Source: Macrostomum hystrix
Lineage: Eukaryota; Animalia; Platyhelminthes
Reading direction: 5' to 3'
Assembly (NCBI GenBank): GCA_950097015.1
Contig: CATNEN010000012.1
Span: 1,922,001-1,986,000 of the forward strand
DNA length: 64,000 nt
Made by a program: the position numbers and the translations under genes. Position 1 is the stretch's first letter. Each line of letters begins with the position of its first letter. Shown piece after piece: positions 60,961-64,000 of this stretch. A model generated the notes under the pieces. It had not been told where the DNA came from. It was given only the letters and a program-made list of their open reading frames with translations, and ran no database searches.

Positions 60961-63324
60961 TCCAAGGTCCCACACTGGTGAAACAGTGCAGCATGGAACA
61001 CCTGACCTGTTTCGCTGGCGGCATGTACGCCCTCGCCTACATGCAGGATCGCAGACGCCAGGACTGGCTGAGATTCGCCGAGAATATCACCCGGGCCTGT
61101 TACTTGGCCTACGCTCAGTCACCACTGGGCCTGGGCCCGGAGTCTTTCATTGTTAGCGAAGACTTTGGCCAGACGAAAGTCACGCCGTCGCACGATTCGC
61201 ACATGCTCAGGCCAGAGACTGTTGAGTCCATCTATTACCTGTACCAGGTAACTGGCAATCAGATCTATCGCGACTGGGGCTGGCGCATTGTGCAGGCTCT
61301 GAATCGCAGCGCCCGAACCGGCGCCGGGTTTAGCGGCCTCGCCGGCATGACCTCCGGTGGGCCGGCCGTCTACGACAACACGCAGTGGTCCTACTTCCTG
61401 GCAGAGACTCTGAAGTACCTCTACCTGCTGTTCGCTCCGCCGGACACTCTGCCTCAGGACCAATGGCTGTTCAACACGGAGGCTCACGTGATTCCGACCT
61501 CAACCAATCCGCTGCGTCGTCGACTGTCCGCTGGACTGAGAAGAAAAAATCGTCGACGGAAGAGGCCGCAATTTGAGCAGTAGTAATCCAGATTGCACAA
61601 CTCAAATTGTGCGGCTAATTTAGTACATTCAAATATAGCTTGATAACACAAATCTATCGGACGTACCTGTACAAACAACGCCCATTCTACGCTACGGCTG
61701 TTTAACAGTAGAGTGGAAAGATTAGCCCTTGTTCAGGATTTTCATCGCAATTGGTTGAATATTTTAGGAGATACGGAAGAAATAATTTGAACGGGTATTT
61801 GAAATACCACCCTGGTCTTGTATACTTTTAATGAGTGCTTTTCGATATGCCCAGAAATTCTTATTTCCTAAGTCACCGTCATTCTAGTAAAGTACAGTTT
61901 CAATAACAGACATTTTTCCTAAATCAAAATGAACTCATGCTAAAACATATAAATGTTTTTTTGTTTTAACTCCTAGTTTTTAGTACGTTTCTATTTCAGC
62001 CAGTAACAAGCTGCGAATTGGTTTGCATTTGGACCAATTGACTAAAAATTTTCCTAGTCTCGTTTTCTTCACTGTCGAGAGCATATCTGAAACGCACTTT
62101 GAATTGCTTGGACTGATTGACAAGTGCCACACACTGTAAATACGAGCGTATCAATCAACAAAATGTGATGCTGATGTTGTTGGTCTTCATTTTTATATTT
62201 CTGCGCCATTTTTAACTAGGGAAGTAAACTAGCTATTAAAATACAGATCTGCTGCTTTTCAAGTGGTTGACTTTACAAAGCGAAATTTAATGAGTTCTGA
62301 ATCTGTTGAGCTGCTTTTATTCTTCTTGCCTCTCACGTGCCAAGCATTATCCCGTCTGGCCTCCATAGTCTCAGTAGAATCCCACTGCACCTGAATCCCA
62401 CTGCACCTGAATCCCACTGCACCTGAATCCCACTGCACCTGAATCCCACTGCACCTGAATCCCACTGCACCTGAATCCCACTGCACCTGAATCCCACTGC
62501 ACCTGAATCCCACTCCACCTGAATCCCACTGCACCTGAATCCCACTCCACCTGAATCCCACTGCACCTGAATCCCACTGCACCTGAATCCCACTGCACCT
62601 GAATCCCACTGCACCTGAACCACACTGCAACTGAATCCCACTGCACCTGAATCCCACTGCACCTGAATCCCACTGCACCTGAATCCCACTGCACCTGAAT
62701 CCCACTGCACCTGAATCCCACTCCACCTGAACCACACTGCAACTGAATCCCACTGCACCTGAATCCCACTGCACCTGAATCCCACTGCACCTGAATCCCA
62801 TGCACCTGAATCCCACTGCACCTGAATCCCACTGCACCTGAATCCCACTGCACCTGAATCCCACTGCACCTGAATCCCACTGCACCTGAATCCCACTGCA
62901 CCTGAATCCCACTGCACCTGAATCCCACTGCACCTGAATCCCACTCGTGAGAATACTACTCACCGAACACCGGCAGTCTGGTCTTGTCCGCCTGTCCGTG
63001 AACCACCTCGACACCCTCGGGTATGACCTGATGCCGCAGGCTGCCGTTGCTAATGACAACACCTGGCTGCGGCTGCGACCGGTGACCCGCAGCACCCCGA
63101 CGGCTGGAAGCGGCCGAGCCCAAGCTCGCCGTCGGCAGCTCCTCGCTGGCCAGAGGTCGACGGCCCTCCTCGACAGGCGGCGCCGCTGTGGTCGCGGGCC
63201 GGGAGGAGCCGCCGCCGCCCGCGGCATCGCCGCGAACATCCAGCGGAGTTTTCAGCCGGTCGGCCATCTTGGCCATCGGATGCTCGATGACTGGCGGTAG
63301 GCGGGTTCCACTGCGACTGCTCAT
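38597..63324 (-). CDS. EFCAB6: EF-hand calcium-binding domain protein, EFCAB6-like (~938 aa, 14 exons)
   Basis: Exons (minus strand): 63324-62964, 56497-56462, 56370-56261, 56030-55933, 54530-54273, 54202-54065, 53430-52951, 51646-51548, 51404-51140, 49969-49809, 49515-49275, 48051-47879, 40324-40153, 38821-38597. All junctions are GT-AG and phase-compatible (2817 nt). There are many EF-hand-like loops (DPEQKGNVTRDAL, DPERTGLVNHDDF, DPYGTGCVSREEF, DPDNSGRVSLQEF), and the C-terminus WKNLRRQL..D....G.VSLQEFRSVLKLFNVILDEEEAF resembles EFCAB6. The link from exon 1 to exon 2 is the least certain. Confidence 0.8.
38855..39255. repeat. 21-bp minisatellite (CCATGCTCAAACCAGAGTCTC) in EFCAB6-like intron 13
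   Basis: Ends ~35 nt from the last acceptor. Confidence 0.95.
39395..39875. mobile_element. Left-truncated second copy of the 8406-8953 MITE
   Basis: Colinear high similarity (e.g. GGCCGCACTGAGGCGCAGTGCTAAT.CGTGTATAGGGGTGTATGAAATAC and TTGTTTCAGAAGATGCGCAACAAAAAGTT); ends in the right TIR ...TGTCAGGGGGGAATTCCCCC. Confidence 0.85.
40665..47168. repeat. 6.5-kb 20-bp minisatellite (CTCATCTGGTATCTCACTAC, ~325 units) in EFCAB6-like intron 12
   Basis: Direct inspection; includes a 600-bp internal duplication (40741-41340 approximately equals 41341-41940). Confidence 0.97.
48505..49200. repeat. 54-bp minisatellite (GTTCAAGGGATTCCCAGATAATCGATCGTATGTAGGATTTCCCTACAAAGTACG) in intron 11
   Basis: About 13 units, degenerate at both edges; internal TGTAGG/CCTACA inverted repeat. 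Confidence 0.93.
50079..51130. repeat. 23-bp minisatellite (GTGAGATTGACTCATCTAGAACT, ~45 units) in intron 9
   Basis: Runs to within ~10 nt of the exon-9 donor. Confidence 0.97.
51728..52912. repeat. 32-bp minisatellite (AATCGCTGATGCTAACCCCCTGTTCCTCAGGA/G, ~37 units) in intron 7
   Basis: Direct inspection. Confidence 0.97.
53458..53690 (+). repeat. (GGGAT/GGAAT)n pentamer array in intron 6
   Basis: Starts ~28 nt from the exon-7 acceptor; G-quadruplex-capable on the + strand. Confidence 0.95.
54545..55412. repeat. 14-bp minisatellite (GAGAGTGATTGGAT, ~59 units) in intron 4
   Basis: Merges into the exon-5 branch point/acceptor region. Confidence 0.97.
56112..56250 (+). repeat. (ATCCC)n pentamer array in intron 3 (GGGAU in the pre-mRNA)
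   Basis: Begins ~10 nt after the exon-3 donor; reverse complement of the 53458-53690 array. Confidence 0.95.
56790..57100. repeat. 24-bp minisatellite (TGGTACGATTCTAGAAATTAATCC and variants) in intron 1
   Basis: About 12 units, with degenerate copies trailing into both flanks (56600, 56720, 56750, 57110). Confidence 0.9.
58381..58690 (+). mobile_element. tRNA-derived SINE with CORE-like central domain and (ATT)n tail
   Basis: A-box TAGCCTAGTGG and B-box GGTTCGATTCCC. TTTGTGTCCTTTAGCAAGACACTTAACTCT...TCAGTTCACCCAGCTGTTAAATGGG resembles the CORE-SINE domain. Ends in (ATT)n; a second copy lies at 11445-11730. Confidence 0.85.
59116..61583 (+). CDS. MAN1: Class I alpha-1,2-mannosidase (glycoside hydrolase family 47), type II membrane protein, 703 aa; exons 59116-60228 and 60585-61583
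   Basis: N-terminal TM anchor (RRRLLIVSLMSTAVALYILLTMA) and GH47 motifs LTVVDSLDTLLVMGL, SVFETTIRMLGGLLGAY, GAEGDSFYEYLVK, MEHLTCFAGGM, LRPETVES, SYFLAETLKYLYLLF and FNTEAH. Phase-0 intron CGG|GTGAGC...TTCAG|GTG. The ER versus Golgi subfamily was not resolved. Confidence 0.93.
60340..60480. repeat. 16-bp minisatellite (CTGAATCCCACTGCAC) in the mannosidase intron
   Basis: About 8 units; same unit as 62387-62945. Confidence 0.9.
60888..60959 (+). repeat. (CAG)24 encoding polyQ inside the GH47 catalytic domain
   Basis: 72 nt of pure CAG, in frame. Confidence 0.95.
62387..62945. repeat. 16-bp minisatellite (CTGAATCCCACTGCAC, ~35 units) adjacent to the exon-1 donor of the EFCAB6-like gene
   Basis: Starts ~18 nt inside the intron. 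Confidence 0.95.
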
Positions 63325-64000
63325 TTCGAGTGCTCAAACCACAAAAATTGCTATCAACTTGTTGAGATCAATTTTTTGTTTAAGTTGTGAAGACCGGCGT
63401 TGTACTTGAAATCGCTCTGCGGGCCATTTTACCGGCTAGTTGAGTTGGCCCCATTGGCTACCTTAGCTGCCAAACCGACCACCCCATCTGCCTGCAGTCC
63501 TTTCAGTTCTCTTCAAATTGAAATTATCAATCTTAATTTTCTGCTTTCCTAGCTTCTTGCTACCTTTCTCTCTTAGTCCATGCGGCGAAGAAGGAATAGC
63601 GCGTCTGGTTTCCATTGGCAACCGCCGGTGTCGTCACCAACCTCACCACCCCCCCGAAAAAAGGCATTCAATGTTTAGCCATCACCTGTCAGCGACCTTC
63701 CTATACTTTTGTGCCAGTGTACCGCGCTGCATCCAAATAGCTCTATATAGATAGGACTCTTTCTCTCTCTCTATTTTTTGAGTCCATTTGGGTTTCGCAC
63801 CGTTGTGTTTGAACAGCCGACACTATAGAAAGATAGTTGAGAACGATGCTAAAGGACACTATTAAGTCTTCATCTCGAATAGACATTGTGCCAAGATGCT
63901 CGTCATACAACACACAGCACCTCGTCTGTGTATCTATCAGTTCAGTGCTCGTTTGTGTGCAATATTTACTGCAATATTTAACCACTTGGCGAACTCAAGT

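Noticed and set aside
28612-61583. PMM plus alpha-mannosidase as an N-glycosylation gene cluster or operon
   Set aside because: They are 28 kb apart, separated by unrelated opposite-strand genes, with no evidence of co-transcription.

Overview
Eukaryotic (animal) genomic DNA, not prokaryotic: spliceosomal GT-AG introns, GC3-rich exons, polyQ tracts and a very high load of intronic minisatellites. The style suggests a free-living flatworm such as Macrostomum, but that is inference only. I reconstructed by hand these frame-consistent genes: a C2H2 zinc-finger exon (-), an orphan two-exon membrane protein (+), phosphomannomutase PMM (+, 3 exons, 251 aa) followed by a diverged truncated exon-2 duplicate, S-adenosylmethionine synthetase MAT (-, 4 exons, one +1 frameshift), a 14-exon EFCAB6-like multi-EF-hand gene (-, ~938 aa, 38597-63324), and a GH47 alpha-1,2-mannosidase (+) that appears nested in that gene's first intron. 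Mobile DNA comprises two hAT-type MITEs with 8-bp TSDs (one carrying a minisatellite as cargo), a TA-flanked MITE with a second partial copy, and two tRNA-derived CORE-like SINE copies. The most unusual aspect is the repeat architecture. Most introns carry their own minisatellite, often abutting a splice site. Several units are perfect transcription-factor motifs (AP-1, HSE, CCAAT, kappaB-like), and an inverted (GGGAT)n/(ATCCC)n pair brackets three exons. Most long ORFs in the supplied track are artefacts of these arrays.
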